Source: Auanema rhodensis
Lineage: Eukaryota > Animalia > Nematoda
DNA: 64,000 nucleotides
NCBI GenBank assembly: GCA_964057225.1
Contig: OZ059895.1
Location: 22,754,001-22,818,000 of the forward strand
Direction: 5' to 3'
The notes beneath the pieces were generated by a model. It was not told where the DNA came from, ran no database searches, and was given only the letters and a program-made list of their open reading frames with translations. Position 1 is the stretch's first letter. Every line of letters starts with the position of its first letter. Positions 25,289 through 39,800 of this stretch are shown here, piece after piece. The translations under genes were made by a program, and so were the position numbers.

Positions 25289-28200
25289 AATTTTTGTATT
25301 AAGCGTTTCTCAATGTAGTATAGTGCATTCGATGCGGATTTTTAAGCTGCGTCGATCTGTGTTATCAGATTTGCGCTAGCTTAAAAATGCACCGAGATAT
25401 CAACTGATATATGTTCACACTTATATCCTCGATTTTCACCCTGAAGAATTAATTTTTTCGTTGAATAACAATGTTCATCGTCTTTGCCTTGAAAAAAGGA
25501 ATCTAAAAACATCTACTTTTTGCTAAATTATTTTGAAATTTTTCGAAAAAATTTTTGTCAAAATGTTTTTGGAAGCAATGTTGAGTGTACATGGAAACTC
25601 AACATACACTAATGCATCATTTTTCAAACGATCATAACTAATTTTTGTATTAAGCGTTTCTCAATGTAGTATAGTGCATTCGATGCGGATTTTTAAGTTG
25701 CGTCGATCTGTGTTATCAGATTTGCGCTAGCTTAAAAATGCACCGAGATATCAACTGATATAAGTTCACAATTATATCCTCGATTTTCACCCTGAAGAAT
25801 TAATTTTTTCGTTGAATAACAATGTCCATCGTCTTTGCCTTGAAGAAAGAAATCTAAAAACATCTACTTTTTGCTAAATTATTTTGAAATTTTTCGAAAA
25901 AATTTTTGTCAAAATGTTTTTGGAAGCAATGTTGAGTGTACATGGAAACTCAACATACACTAATGCATCATTTTTCAAACGATCATAACTAATTTTTGTA
26001 TTAAGCGTTTCTCAATGTAGTATAGTGCATTCGATGCGGATTTTTAAGCTGCGTCGTTCTGTGTTATCAGATTTGCGCTAGCTTAAAAATGCACCGAGAT
26101 ATCAACTGATATAAGTTCACACTTATATCCTCGATTTTCACCCTGAAGAATTAATTTTTTCGTTGAATAACAATGTCCATCGTCTTTGCCTTGAAAAAAG
26201 GAATCTAAAAACATCTACTTTTTGCTAAATTATTTTGAAATTTTTCGAAAAAATTTTTGTCAAAATGTTTTTGGAAGCAATGTTGAGTGTACATGGAAAC
26301 TCAACATACACTAATGCATCATTTTTCAAACGATCATAACTAATTTTTGTATTAAGCGTTTCTCAATGTAGTATAGTGCATTCGATGCAGATTTTTAAGC
26401 TGCGTCGTTCTGTGTTATCAGATTTGCGCTAGCTTAAAAATGCACCGAGATATCAACTGATATAAGTTCACACTTATATCCTCGATTTTCACCCTGAAGA
26501 ATTAATTTTTTCGTTGAATAACAATGTCCATCGTCTTTGCCTTGAAAAAAGAAATCTAAAAACATCTACTTTTTGCTAAATTATTTTGAAATTTTTCGAA
26601 AAAATTTTTGTCAAAATGTTTTTGGAAGCAATGTTGAGTGTACATGGAAACTCAACATACACTAATGCATCATTTTTCAAACGATCATAACTAATTTTTG
26701 TATTAAGCGTTTCTCAATGTAGTATAGTGCATTCGATGCGGATTTTTAAGCTGCGTCGATCTGTGATATCAGATTTGCGCTAGCTTAAAAATGCACCGAG
26801 ATATCAACTGATATAAGTTCACACTTATATCCTCGATTTTCACCCTGAAGAATTAATTTTTTCGTTGAATAACAATGTCCATCGTCTTTGCCTTGAAAAA
26901 AGAAATCTAAAAACATCTACTTTTTGCTAAATTATTTTGAAATTTTTCGAAAAAATTTTTGTCAAAATGTTTTTGGAAGCAATGTTGAGTGTACATGGAA
27001 ACTCAACATACACTAATGCATCATTTTTCAAACGATCATAACTAATTTTTGTATTTAGCGTTTCTCAATGTAGTATAGTGCATTCGATGCGGATTTTTAA
27101 GCTGCAATGATCTGTGTTATCAGATTTGCGCTAGCTTAAAAATGCACCGAGATATCAACTGATATTTGTTCACACTTATCTCCTCGATTTTCACCCTGAA
27201 GAATTAATTTTTTCGTTGAATAACAATGTCCATCGTCTTTGCCTTGAAAAAAAGAATCTAAAAACATCTACTTTTTGCTAAATTATTTTGAAATTTTTCG
27301 AAAAAATTTTTGTCAAAATGTTTTTGGAAGCAATGTTGAGTGTACATGGAAACTCAACATACACTAATGCATCATTTTTCAAACGATCATAACTAATTTT
27401 TGTATTTAGCGTTTCTCAATGTAGTATAGTGCATTCGATGCGGATTTTTAAGCTGCAATGATCTGTGTTATCAGATTTGCGCTAGCTTAAAAATGCACCG
27501 AGATATCAACTGATATTTGTTCACACTTATCTCCTCGATTTTCACCCTGAAGAATTAATTTTTTCGTTGAATAACAATGTTCATCGTCTTTGCCTTGAAA
27601 AAAGGAATCTAAAAACATCTACTTTTTGCTAAATTATTTTGAAATTTTTCGAAAAAATTTTTGTCAAAATGTTTTTGGAAGCAATGTTGAGTGTACATGG
27701 AAACTCAACATACACTAATGCATCATTTTTCAAACGATCATAACTAATTTTTGTATTAAGCGTTTCTCAATGTAGTATAGTGCATTCGATGCGGATTTTT
27801 AAGCTGCGTCGATCTGTGTTATCAGATTTGCGCTAGCTTAAAAATGCACCGAGATATCAACTGATATAAGTTCACACTTATATCCTCGATTTTCACCCTG
27901 AAGAATTAATTTTTTCGTTGAATAACAATGTCCATCGTCTTTGCCTTGAAAAAAGAAATCTAAAAACATCTACTTTTTGCTAAATTATTTTGAAATTTTT
28001 CGAAAAAATTTTTGTCAAAATGTTTTTGGAAGCAATGTTGAGTGTACATGGAAACTCAACATACACTAATGCATCATTTTTCAAACGATCATAACTAATT
28101 TTTGTATTAAGCGTTTCTCAATGTAGTATAGTGCATTCGATGCGGATTTTTAAGCTGCGTCGATCTGTGTTATCAGATTTGCGCTAGCTTAAAAATGCAC

Positions 28201-30202
28201 CGAGATATCAACTGATATATGTTCACACTTATATCCTCGATTTTCACCCTGAAGAATTAATTTTTTCGTTGAATAACAATGTTCATCGTCTTTGCCTTGA
28301 AAAAAGGAATCTAAAAACATTTACTTTTTGCTAAATTATTTTGAAATTTTTCGAAAAAATTTTTGTCAAAATGTTTTTGGAAGCAATGTTGAGTGTACAT
28401 GGAAACTCAACATACACTAATGCATCATTTTTCAAACGATCATAACTAATTTTTGTATTAAGCGTTTCTCAATGTAGTATAGTGCATTCGATGCGGATTT
28501 TTAAGTTGCGTCGATCTGTGTTATCAGATTTGCGCTAGCTTAAAAATGCACCGAGATATCAACTGATATAAGTTCACAATTATATCCTCGATTTTCACCC
28601 TGAAGAATTAATTTTTTCGTTGAATAACAATGTCCATCGTCTTTGCCTTGAAGAAAGAAATCTAAAAACATCTACTTTTTGCTAAATTATTTTGAAATTT
28701 TTCGAAAAAATTTTTGTCAAAATGTTTTTGGAAGCAATGTTGAGTGTACATGGAAACTCAACATACACTAATGCATCATTTTTCAAACGATCATAACTAA
28801 TTTTTGTATTAAGCGTTTCTCAATGTAGTATAGTGCATTCGATGCGGATTTTTAAGCTGCGTCGTTCTGTGTTATCAGATTTGCGCTAGCTTAAAAATGC
28901 ACCGAGATATCAACTGATATAAGTTCACACTTATATCCTCGATTTTCACCCTGAAGAATTAATTTTTTCGTTGAATAACAATGTCCATCGTCTTTGCCTT
29001 GAAAAAAGGAATCTAAAAACATCTACTTTTTGCTAAATTATTTTGAAATTTTTCGAAAAAATTTTTGTCAAAATGTTTTTGGAAGCAATGTTGAGTGTAC
29101 ATGGAAACTCAACATACACTAATGCATCATTTTTCAAACGATCATAACTAATTTTTGTATTAAGCGTTTCTCAATGTAGTATAGTGCATTCGATGCAGAT
29201 TTTTAAGCTGCGTCGTTCTGTGTTATCAGATTTGCGCTAGCTTAAAAATGCACCGAGATATCAACTGATATAAGTTCACACTTATATCCTCGATTTTCAC
29301 CCTGAAGAATTAATTTTTTCGTTGAATAACAATGTCCATCGTCTTTGCCTTGAAAAAAGAAATCTAAAAACATCTACTTTTTGCTAAATTATTTTGAAAT
29401 TTTTCGAAAAAATTTTTGTCAAAATGTTTTTGGAAGCAATGTTGAGTGTACATGGAAACTCAACATACACTAATGCATCATTTTTCAAACGATCATAACT
29501 AATTTTTGTATTAAGCGTTTCTCAATGTAGTATAGTGCATTCGATGCGGATTTTTAAGCTGCGTCGATCTGTGATATCAGATTTGCGCTAGCTTAAAAAT
29601 GCACCGAGATATCAACTGATATAAGTTCACACTTATATCCTCGATTTTCACCCTGAAGAATTAATTTTTTCGTTGAATAACAATGTCCATCGTCTTTGCC
29701 TTGAAAAAAGAAATCTAAAAACATCTACTTTTTGCTAAATTATTTTGAAATTTTTCGAAAAAATTTTTGTCAAAATGTTTTTGGAAGCAATGTTGAGTGT
29801 ACATGGAAACTCAACATACACTAATGCATCATTTTTCAAACGATCATAACTAATTTTTGTATTTAGCGTTTCTCAATGTAGTATAGTGCATTCGATGCGG
29901 ATTTTTAAGCTGCAATGATCTGTGTTATCAGATTTGCGCTAGCTTAAAAATGCACCGAGATATCAACTGATATTTGTTCACACTTATCTCCTCGATTTTC
30001 ACCCTGAAGAATTAATTTTTTCGTTGAATAACAATGTCCATCGTCTTTGCCTTGAAAAAAAGAATCTAAAAACATCTACTTTTTGCTAAATTATTTTGAA
30101 ATTGTTCGAAAAAATTTTTGTCAAAATGTTTTTGGAAGCAATGTTGAGTGTACATGGAAACTCAACATACACTAATGCATCATTTTTCAAACGATCATAA
30201 CT
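25289..30202. repeat. Duplication with 8-monomer period (2808 bp)
   Basis: The ordered rare variants TCACAATT+TGAAGAAAG, GTCGTTC, GATGCAG+GTCGTTC, GTGATATC and ATTTAGC+GATATTTG occur in M74-M78 (from 25640) and again in M82-M86 (from 28448). Confidence 0.85.
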
Positions 30203-33200
30203 AATTTTTATATTAAGCGTTTCTCAATGTAGTATAGTGCATTCGATGCGGATTTTTAAGCTGCGTCGATCTGTGTTATCAGATTTGCGCTAGCTTAAAA
30301 ATGCACCGAGATATCAACTGATATATGTTCACACTTATATCCTCGATTTTCACCCTGAAGAATCAATTTTTTCGTTGAATAACAATGTCCATCGTCTTTG
30401 CCTTGAAAAAAGGAATCTAAAAACATCTACTTTTTGCTAAATTATTTTGAAATTTTTCGAAAAAATTTTTGTCAAAATGTTTTTGGAAGCAATGTTGAGT
30501 GTACATGGAAACTCAACATACACTAATGCATCATTTTTCAAACGATCATAACTAATTTTTGTATTGAGCGTTTCTCAATGTAGTATAAAGCATTCGATGC
30601 GGATTTTTAAGCTGCGTCGATCTGTGTTATCAGATTTGCGCTAGCTTAAAAATGCACCGAGATATCAACTGATATAAGTTCACACTTAGATCCTCGATTT
30701 TCACCCTGAAGAATTAATTTTTTCGTTGAATAACAATGTCCATCGTCTTTGCCTTGAAAAAACAAATCTAAAAACATCTACTTTTTGCTAAATTATTTTG
30801 AAATTTTTCGAAAAAATTTTTGTCAAAATGTTTTTGGAAGCAATGTTGAGTGTACATGGAAACTCAACATACACTAATGCATCATTTTTCAAACGATCAT
30901 AACTAATTTTTGTATTAAGCGTTTCTCAATGTAGTATAGTGCATTCGATGCGGATTTTTAAGCTGCGTCGATCTGTTTTATCAGATTTGCGCTAGCTTAA
31001 AAATGCACCGAGATATCAACTGATATAAGTTCACACTTATATCCTCGATTTTCACCCTGAAGAATTAATTTTTTCGTTGAATAACAATGTCCATCGTCTT
31101 TGCCTTGAAAAAAGGAATCTAAAAACATCTACTTTTTGCTAAATTATTTTGAAATTTTTCGAAAAAATTTTTGTCAAAATGTTTTTGGAAGCAATGTTGA
31201 GTGTACATGGAAACTCAACATACACTAATGCATCATTTTTCAAACGATCATAACTAATTTTTGTATTAAGCGTTTCTCCATGTAGTATAGTGCATTCGAT
31301 GCGGATTTTTAAGCTGCGTCGATCTGTGTTATCAGATTTGCGCTAGCTTAAAAATGCACCGAGATATCAACTGATATAAGTTCACACTTAGATCCTCGAT
31401 TTTCACCCTGAAGAATTAATTTTTTTGTTGAATAACAATGTCCATCGTCTTTGCCTTGAAAAAACAAATCTAAAAACATCTACTTTTTGCTAAATTATTT
31501 TGAAATTTTTCGAAAAAATTTTTGTCAAAATGTTTTTGGAAGCAATGTTGAGTGTACATGGAAACTCAACATACACTAATGCATCATTTTTCAAACGATC
31601 ATAACTAATTTTTGTATTAAGCGTTTCTCAATGTAGTATAGTGCATTCGATGCGGATTTTTAAGCTGCGTCGATCTGTTTTATCAGATTTGTGCTAGCTT
31701 AAAAATGCACCGAGATATCAACTGATATAAGTTCACACTTAGATCCTCGATTTTCACCCTGAAGCATTAATTTTTTTGTTGAATAACAATGTCCATCGTC
31801 TTTGCCTTGAAAAAACAAATCTAAAAACATCTACTTTTTGCTAAATTATTTTGAAATTTTTCGAAAAAATTTTTGTCAAAATGTTTTTGGAAGCAATGTT
31901 GAGTGTACATGTAAACTCAACATACACTAATGCATCATTTTTCAAACGATCATAACTAATTTTTATATTAAGCGTTTCTCAATGTAGTATAGTGCATTCG
32001 ATGCGGATTTTTAAGCTGCGTCGATCTGTGTTATCAGATTTGCGCTAGCTTAAAAATGCACCGAGATATCAACTGATATAAGTTCCCACTTATATCCTCG
32101 ATTTTCACCCTGAAGAATTAATTTTTTCGTTGAATAACAATGTCCATCGTCTTTGCCTTGAAAAAAGGAATCTAAAAACATCTACTTTTTGCTAAATTAT
32201 TTTGAAATTTTTCGAAAAAATTTTTGTCAAAATGTTTTTAGAAGCAATGTTGAGTGTACATAGAAACTCAACATACACTAATGCATCATTTTTCAAACGA
32301 TCATAACTAATTTTTGTATTAAGCGTTTCTCAATGTAGTATAGTGCATTCGATGCGGATTTTTAAGCTGCAATGATCTGTGTTATCAGATTTGCGCTAGC
32401 TTAAAAATGCACCGAGATATCAACTGATATAAGTTCACACTTATATCCTCGATTTTCACCCTGAAGAATTAATTTTTTCGTTGAATAACAATGTTCATCG
32501 TCTTTGCCTTGAAAAAAGGAATCTAAAAACATCTACTTTTTGCTAAATTATTTTGAAATTTTTCGAAAAAATTTTTGTCAAAATGTTTTTGGAAGCAATG
32601 TTGAGTGTACATGGAAACTCAACATACACTAATGCATCATTTTTCAAACGATCATAACTAATTTTTGTATCAAGCGTTTCTCAATGTAGTATAGTGCATT
32701 CGATGCGGATTTTTAAGCTGCGTCGATCTGTGTTATCAGATTTGCGCTAGCTTAAAAATGCACCGAGATATCAACTGATATAAGTTCACACTTATATCCT
32801 CGATTTTCACCCTGAAGAATTAATTTTTTCGTTGAATAACAATGTCCATCGTCTTTGCCTTGAAAAAAGGAATCTAAAAACATCTACTTTTTGCTAAATT
32901 ATTTTGAAATTTTTCGAAAAAATTTTTGTCAAAATGTTTTTGGAAGCAATGTTGAGTGTACATGGAAACTCAACATACACTAATGCATCATTTTTCGAAC
33001 GATCATAACTAATTTTTGTATTAAGCGTTTCTCAATGTAGTATAGTGCATTCGATGCGGATTTTTAAGCTGCGTCGATCTGTGTTATCAGATTTGCGCTA
33101 GCTTAAAAATGCACCGAGATATCAACTGATATATGTTCACACTTATATCCTCGATTTTCACCCTGAAGAATTAATTTTTTCGTTGAATAACAATGTTCAT

Positions 33201-34414
33201 CGTCTTTGCCTTGAAAAAAGGAATCTAAAAACATCTACTTTTTGCTAAATTATTTTGAAATTTTTCGAAAAAATTTTTGTCAAAATGTTTTTGGAAGCAA
33301 TGTTGAGTGTACATGGAAACTCAACATACACTAATGCATCATTTTTCAAACGATCATAACTAATTTTTGTATTAAGCGTTTCTCAATGTAGTATAGTGCA
33401 TTCGATGCGGATTTTTAAGTTGCGTCGATCTGTGTTATCAGATTTGCGCTAGCTTAAAAATGCACCGAGATATCAACTGATATAAGTTCACACTTATATC
33501 CTCGATTTTCACCCTGAAGAATTAATTTTTTCGTTGAATAACAATGTCCATCGTCTTTGCCTTGAAAAAAGAAATCTAAAAACATCTACTTTTTGCTAAA
33601 TTATTTTGAAATTTTTCGAAAAAATTTTTGTCAAAATGTTTTTGGAAGCAATGTTGAGTGTACATGGAAACTCAACATACACTAATGCATCATTTTTCAA
33701 ACGATCATAACTAATTTTTGTATTAAGCGTTTCTCAATGTAGTATAGTGCATTCGATGCGGATTTTTAAGCTGCGTCGATCTGTGTTATCAGATTTGCGC
33801 TAGCTTAAAAATGCACCGAGATATCAACTGATATAAGTTCACACTTAGATCCTCGATTTTCACCCTGAAGAATTAATTTTTTCGTTGAATAACAATGTCC
33901 ATCGTCTTTGCCTTGAAAAAACAAATCTAAAAACATCTACTTTTTGCTAAATTATTTTGAAATTTTTCGAAAAAATTTTTGTCAAAATGTTTTTGGAAGC
34001 AATGTTGAGTGTACATGGAAACTCAACATACACTAATGCATCATTTTTCAAACGATCATAACTAATTTTTGTATTAAGCGTTTCTCAATGTAGTATAGTG
34101 CATTCGATGCGGATTTTTAAGTTGCGTCGATCTGTGTTATCAGATTTGCGCTAGCTTAAAAATGCACCGAGATATCAACTAATATAAGTTCACACTTATA
34201 TCCTCGATTTTCACCCTGAAGAATTAATTTTTTCGTTGAATAACAATGTCCATCGTCTTTGCCTTGAAAAAAGAAATCTAAAAACATCTACTTTTTGCTA
34301 AATTATTTTGAAATTTTTCGAAAAAATTTTTGTCAAAATGTTTTTGGAAGCAATGTTGAGTGTACATGGAAACTCAACATACACTAATGCATCATTTTTC
34401 AAACGATCATAACT

Positions 34415-36520
34415 AATTTTTGTATTAAGCGTTTCTCAATGTAGTATAGTGCATTCGATGCGGATTTTTAAGCTGCGTCGATCTGTGTTATCAGATTTGC
34501 GCTAGCTTAAAAATGCACCGAGATATCAACTGATATATGTTCACACTTATATCCTCGATTTTCACCCTGAAGAATCAATTTTTTCGTTGAATAACAATGT
34601 CCATCGTCTTTGCCTTGAAAAAAGGAATCTAAAAACATCTACTTTTTGCTAAATTATTTTGAAATTTTTCGAAAAAATTTTTGTCAAAATGTTTTTGGAA
34701 GCAATGTTGAGTGTACATGGAAACTCAACATACACTAATGCATCATTTTTCAAACGATCATAACTAATTTTTGTATTGAGCGTTTCTCAATGTAGTATAA
34801 GGCATTCGATGCGGATTTTTAAGCTGCGTCGATCTGTGTTATCAGATTTGCGCTAGCTTAAAAATGCACCGAGATATCAACTGATATAAGTTCACACTTA
34901 GATCCTCGATTTTCACCCTGAAGAATTAATTTTTTCGTTGAATAACAATGTCCATCGTCTTTGCCTTGAAAAAACAAATCTAAAAACATCTACTTTTTGC
35001 TAAATTATTTTGAAATTTTTCGAAAAAATTTTTGTCAAAATGTTTTTGGAAGCAATGTTGAGTGTACATGGAAACTCAACATACACTAATGCATCATTTT
35101 TCAAACGATCATAACTAATTTTTGTATTAAGCGTTTCTCAATGTAGTATAGTGCATTCGATGCGGATTTTTAAGCTGCGTCGATCTGTTTTATCAGATTT
35201 GCGCTAGCTTAAAAATGCACCGAGATATCAACTGATATAAGTTCACACTTATATCCTCGATTTTCACCCTGAAGAATTAATTTTTTCGTTGAATAACAAT
35301 GTCCATCGTCTTTGCCTTGAAAAAAGGAATCTAAAAACATCTACTTTTTGCTAAATTATTTTGAAATTTTTCGAAAAAATTTTTGTCAAAATGTTTTTGG
35401 AAGCAATGTTGAGTGTACATGGAAACTCAACATACACTAATGCATCATTTTTCAAACGATCATAACTAATTTTTGTATTAAGCGTTTCTCAATGTAGTAT
35501 AGTGCATTCGATGCGGATTTTTAAGTTGCGTCGATCTGTGTTATCAGATTTGCGCTAGCTTAAAAATGCACCGAGATATCAACTGATATATGTTCACACT
35601 TATATCCTCGATTTTCACCCTGAAGAATCAATTTTTTCGTTGAATAACAATGTCCATCGTCTTTGCCTTGAAAAAAGGAATCTAAAAACATCTACTTTTT
35701 GCTAAATTATTTTGAAATTTTTCGAAAAAATTTTTGTCAAAATGTTTTTGGAAGCAATGTTGAGTGTACATGGAAACTCAACATACACTAATGCATCATT
35801 TTTCAAACGATCATAACTAATTTTTGTATTGAGCGTTTCTCAATGTAGTATAAGGCATTCGATGCGGATTTTTAAGCTGCGTCGATCTGTGTTATCAGAT
35901 TTGCGCTAGCTTAAAAATGCACCGAGATATCAACTGATATAAGTTCACACTTAGATCCTCGATTTTCACCCTGAAGAATTAATTTTTTCGTTGAATAACA
36001 ATGTCCATCGTCTTTGCCTTGAAAAAACAAATCTAAAAACATCTACTTTTTGCTAAATTATTTTGAAATTTTTCGAAAAAATTTTTGTCAAAATGTTTTT
36101 GGAAGCAATGTTGAGTGTACATGGAAACTCAACATACACTAATGCATCATTTTTCAAACGATCATAACTAATTTTTGTATTAAGCGTTTCTCAATGTAGT
36201 ATAGTGCATTCGATGCGGATTTTTAAGCTGCGTCGATCTGTTTTATCAGATTTGCGCTAGCTTAAAAATGCACCGAGATATCAACTGATATAAGTTCACA
36301 CTTATATCCTCGATTTTCACCCTGAAGAATTAATTTTTTCGTTGAATAACAATGTCCATCGTCTTTGCCTTGAAAAAAGGAATCTAAAAACATCTACTTT
36401 TTGCTAAATTATTTTGAAATTTTTCGAAAAAATTTTTGTCAAAATGTTTTTGGAAGCAATGTTGAGTGTACATGGAAACTCAACATACACTAATGCATCA
36501 TTTTTCAAACGATCATAACT
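34415..36520. repeat. 3-monomer tandem duplication (1053 bp x2)
   Basis: The AATCAA / ATTGAG+TAAGG+CAAA / CTGTTTT triplet starts at 34415 and again at 35468. Confidence 0.8.
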
Positions 36521-36871
36521 AATTTTTGTATTAAGCGTTTCTCAATGTAGTATAGTGCATTCGATGCGGATTTTTAAGTTGCGTCGATCTGTGTTATCAG
36601 ATTTGCGCTAGCTTAAAAATGCACCGAGATATCAACTGATATAAGTTCACACTTATATCCTCGATTTTCACCCTGAAGAATTAATTTTTTCGTTGAATAA
36701 CAATGTCCATCGTCTTTGCCTTGAAAAAAGAAATCTAAAAACATCTACTTTTTGCTAAATTATTTTGAAATTTTTCGAAAAAATTTTTGTCAAAATGTTT
36801 TTGGAAGCAATGTTGAGTGTACATGGAAACTCAACATACACTAATGCATCATTTTTCAAACGATCATAACT

Positions 36872-39800
36872 AATTTTTGTATTAAGCGTTTCTCAATGTA
36901 GTATAGTGCATTCGATGCGGATTTTTAAGCTGCGTCGATCTGTGTTATCAGATTTGCGCTAGCTTAAAAATGCACCGAGATATCAACTGATATATGTTCA
37001 CACTTATATCCTCGATTTTCACCCTGAAGAATCAATTTTTTCGTTGAATAACAATGTCCATCGTCTTTGCCTTAAAAAAAGGAATCTAAAAACATCTACT
37101 TTTTGCTAAATTATTTTGAAATTTTTCGAAAAAATTTTTGTCAAAATGTTTTTGGAAGCAATGTTGAGTGTACATGGAAACTCAACATACACTAATGCAT
37201 CATTTTTCAAACGATCATAACTAATTTTTGTATTGAGCGTTTCTCAATGTAGTATAAGGCATTCGATGCGGATTTTTAAGCTGCGTCGATCTGTGTTATC
37301 AGATTTGCGCTAGCTTAAAAATGCACCGAGATATCAACTGATATAAGTTCACACTTAGATCCTCGATTTTCACCCTGAAGAATTAATTTTTTCGTTGAAT
37401 AACAATGTCCATCGTCTTTGCCTTGAAAAAACAAATCTAAAAACATCTACTTTTTGCTAAATTATTTCGAAATTTTTCGAAAAAATTTTTGTCAAAATGT
37501 TTTTGGAAGCAATGTTGAGTGTACATGGAAACTCAACATACACTAATGCATCATTTTTCAAACGATCATAACTAATTTTTGTATTAAGCGTTTCTCAATG
37601 TAGTATAGTGCATTCGATGCGGATTTTTAAGCTGCGTCGATCTGTTTTATCAGATTTGCGCTAGCTTAAAAATGCACCGAGATATCAACTGATATAAGTT
37701 CACACTTATATCCTCGATTTTCACCCTGAAGAATTAATTTTTTCGTTGAATAACAATGTCCATCGTCTTTGCCTTGAAAAAAGGAATCTAAAAACATCTA
37801 CTTTTTGCTAAATTATTTTGAAATTTTTCGAAAAAATTTTTGTCAAAATGTTTTTGGAAGCAATGTTGAGTGTACATGGAAACTCAACATACACTAATGC
37901 ATCATTTTTCAAACGATCATAACTAATTTTTGTATTAAGCGTTTCTCCATGTAGTATAGTGCATTCGATGCGGATTTTTAAGCTGCGTCGATCTGTGTTA
38001 TCAGATTTGCGCTAGCTTAAAAATGCACCGAGATATCAACTGATATAAGTTCACACTTAGATCCTCGAATTTCACCCTGAAGAATTAATTTTTTTGTTGA
38101 ATAACAATGTCCATCGTCTTTGCCTTGAAAAAACAAATCTAAAAACATCTACTTTTTGCTAAATTATTTTGAAATTTTTCGAAAAAATTTTTGTCAAAAT
38201 GTTTTTGGAAGCAATGTTGAGTGTACATGGAAACTCAACATACACTAATGCATCATTTTTCAAACGATCATAACTAATTTTTGTATTAAGAGTTTCTCCA
38301 TGTAGTATAGTGCATTCGATGCGGATTTTTAAGCTGCGTCGATCTGTGTTATCAGATTTGCGCTAGCTTAAAAATGCACCGAGATATCAACTGATATAAG
38401 TTCACACTTAGATCCTCGATTTTCACCCTGAAGCATTAATTTTTTTGTTGAATAACAATGTCCATCGTCTTTGCCTTGAAAAAACAAATCTAAAAACATC
38501 TACTTTTTGCTAAATTATTTTGAAATTTTTCGAAAAAATTTTTGTCAAAATGTTTTTGGAAGCAATGTTGAGTGTACATGGAAACTCAACATACACTAAT
38601 GCATCATTTTTCAAACGATCATAACTAATTTTTATATTAAGCGTTTCTCAATGTAGTATAGTGCATTCGATGCGGATTTTTAAGCTGCGTCGATCTGTGT
38701 TATCAGATTTGCGCTAGCTTAAAAATGGACCGAGATATCAACTGATATAAGTTCACACTTAGATCCTCGATTTTCACCCTGAAGAATTAATTTTTTTGTT
38801 GAATAACAATGTCCATCGTCTTTGCCTTGAAAAAACAAATCTAAAAACATCTACTTTTTGCTAAATTATTTTGAAATTTTTCGAAAAAATTTTTGTCAAA
38901 ATGTTTTTGGAAGCAATGTTGAGTGTACATGGAAACTCAACATACACTAATGCATCATTTTTCAAACGATCATAACTAATTTTTGTATTAAGCGTTTCTC
39001 AATGTAGTATAGTGCATTCGATGCGGATTTTTAAGCTGCGTCGATCTGTTTTATCAGATTTGCGCTAGCTTAAAAATGCACCGAGATATCAACTGATATA
39101 AGTTCCCACTTATATCCTCGATTTTCACCCTGAAGAATTAATTTTTTCGTTGAATAACAATGTCCATCGTCTTTGCCTTGAAAAAAGGAATCTAAAAACA
39201 TCTACTTTTTGCTAAATTATTTTGAAATTTTTCGAAAAAATTTTTGTCAAAATGTTTTTGGAAGCAATGTTGAGTGTACATGGAAACTCAACATACACTA
39301 ATGCATCATTTTTCAAACGATCATAACTAATTTTTGTATTAAGCGTTTCTCAATGTAGCATAGTGCATTCGATGCGGATTTTTAAGCTGCATCGATAAGT
39401 GTTATCAGATTTGCGCTAGCTTAAAAATGCACCGAGATATCAACTGATATAAGTTCACACTTATATCCTCGATTTTCACCCTGAAGAATTAATTTTTTCG
39501 TTGAATAACAATGTCCATCGTCTTTGCCTTGAAAAAAGAAATCTAAAAACATCTACTTTTTGCTAAATTATTTTGAAATTTTTCGAAAAAATTTTTGTCA
39601 AAATGTTTTTGGAAGCAATGTTGAGTGTACATGGAAACTCAACATACACTAATGCATCATTTTTCAAACGATCATAACTAATTTTTATATTAAGCGTTTC
39701 TCAATGTAGTATAGTGCATTCGATGCGGATTTTTAAGCTGCGTCGATCTGTGTTATCAGATTTGCGCTAGCTTAAAAATGCACCGAGATATCAACTGATA

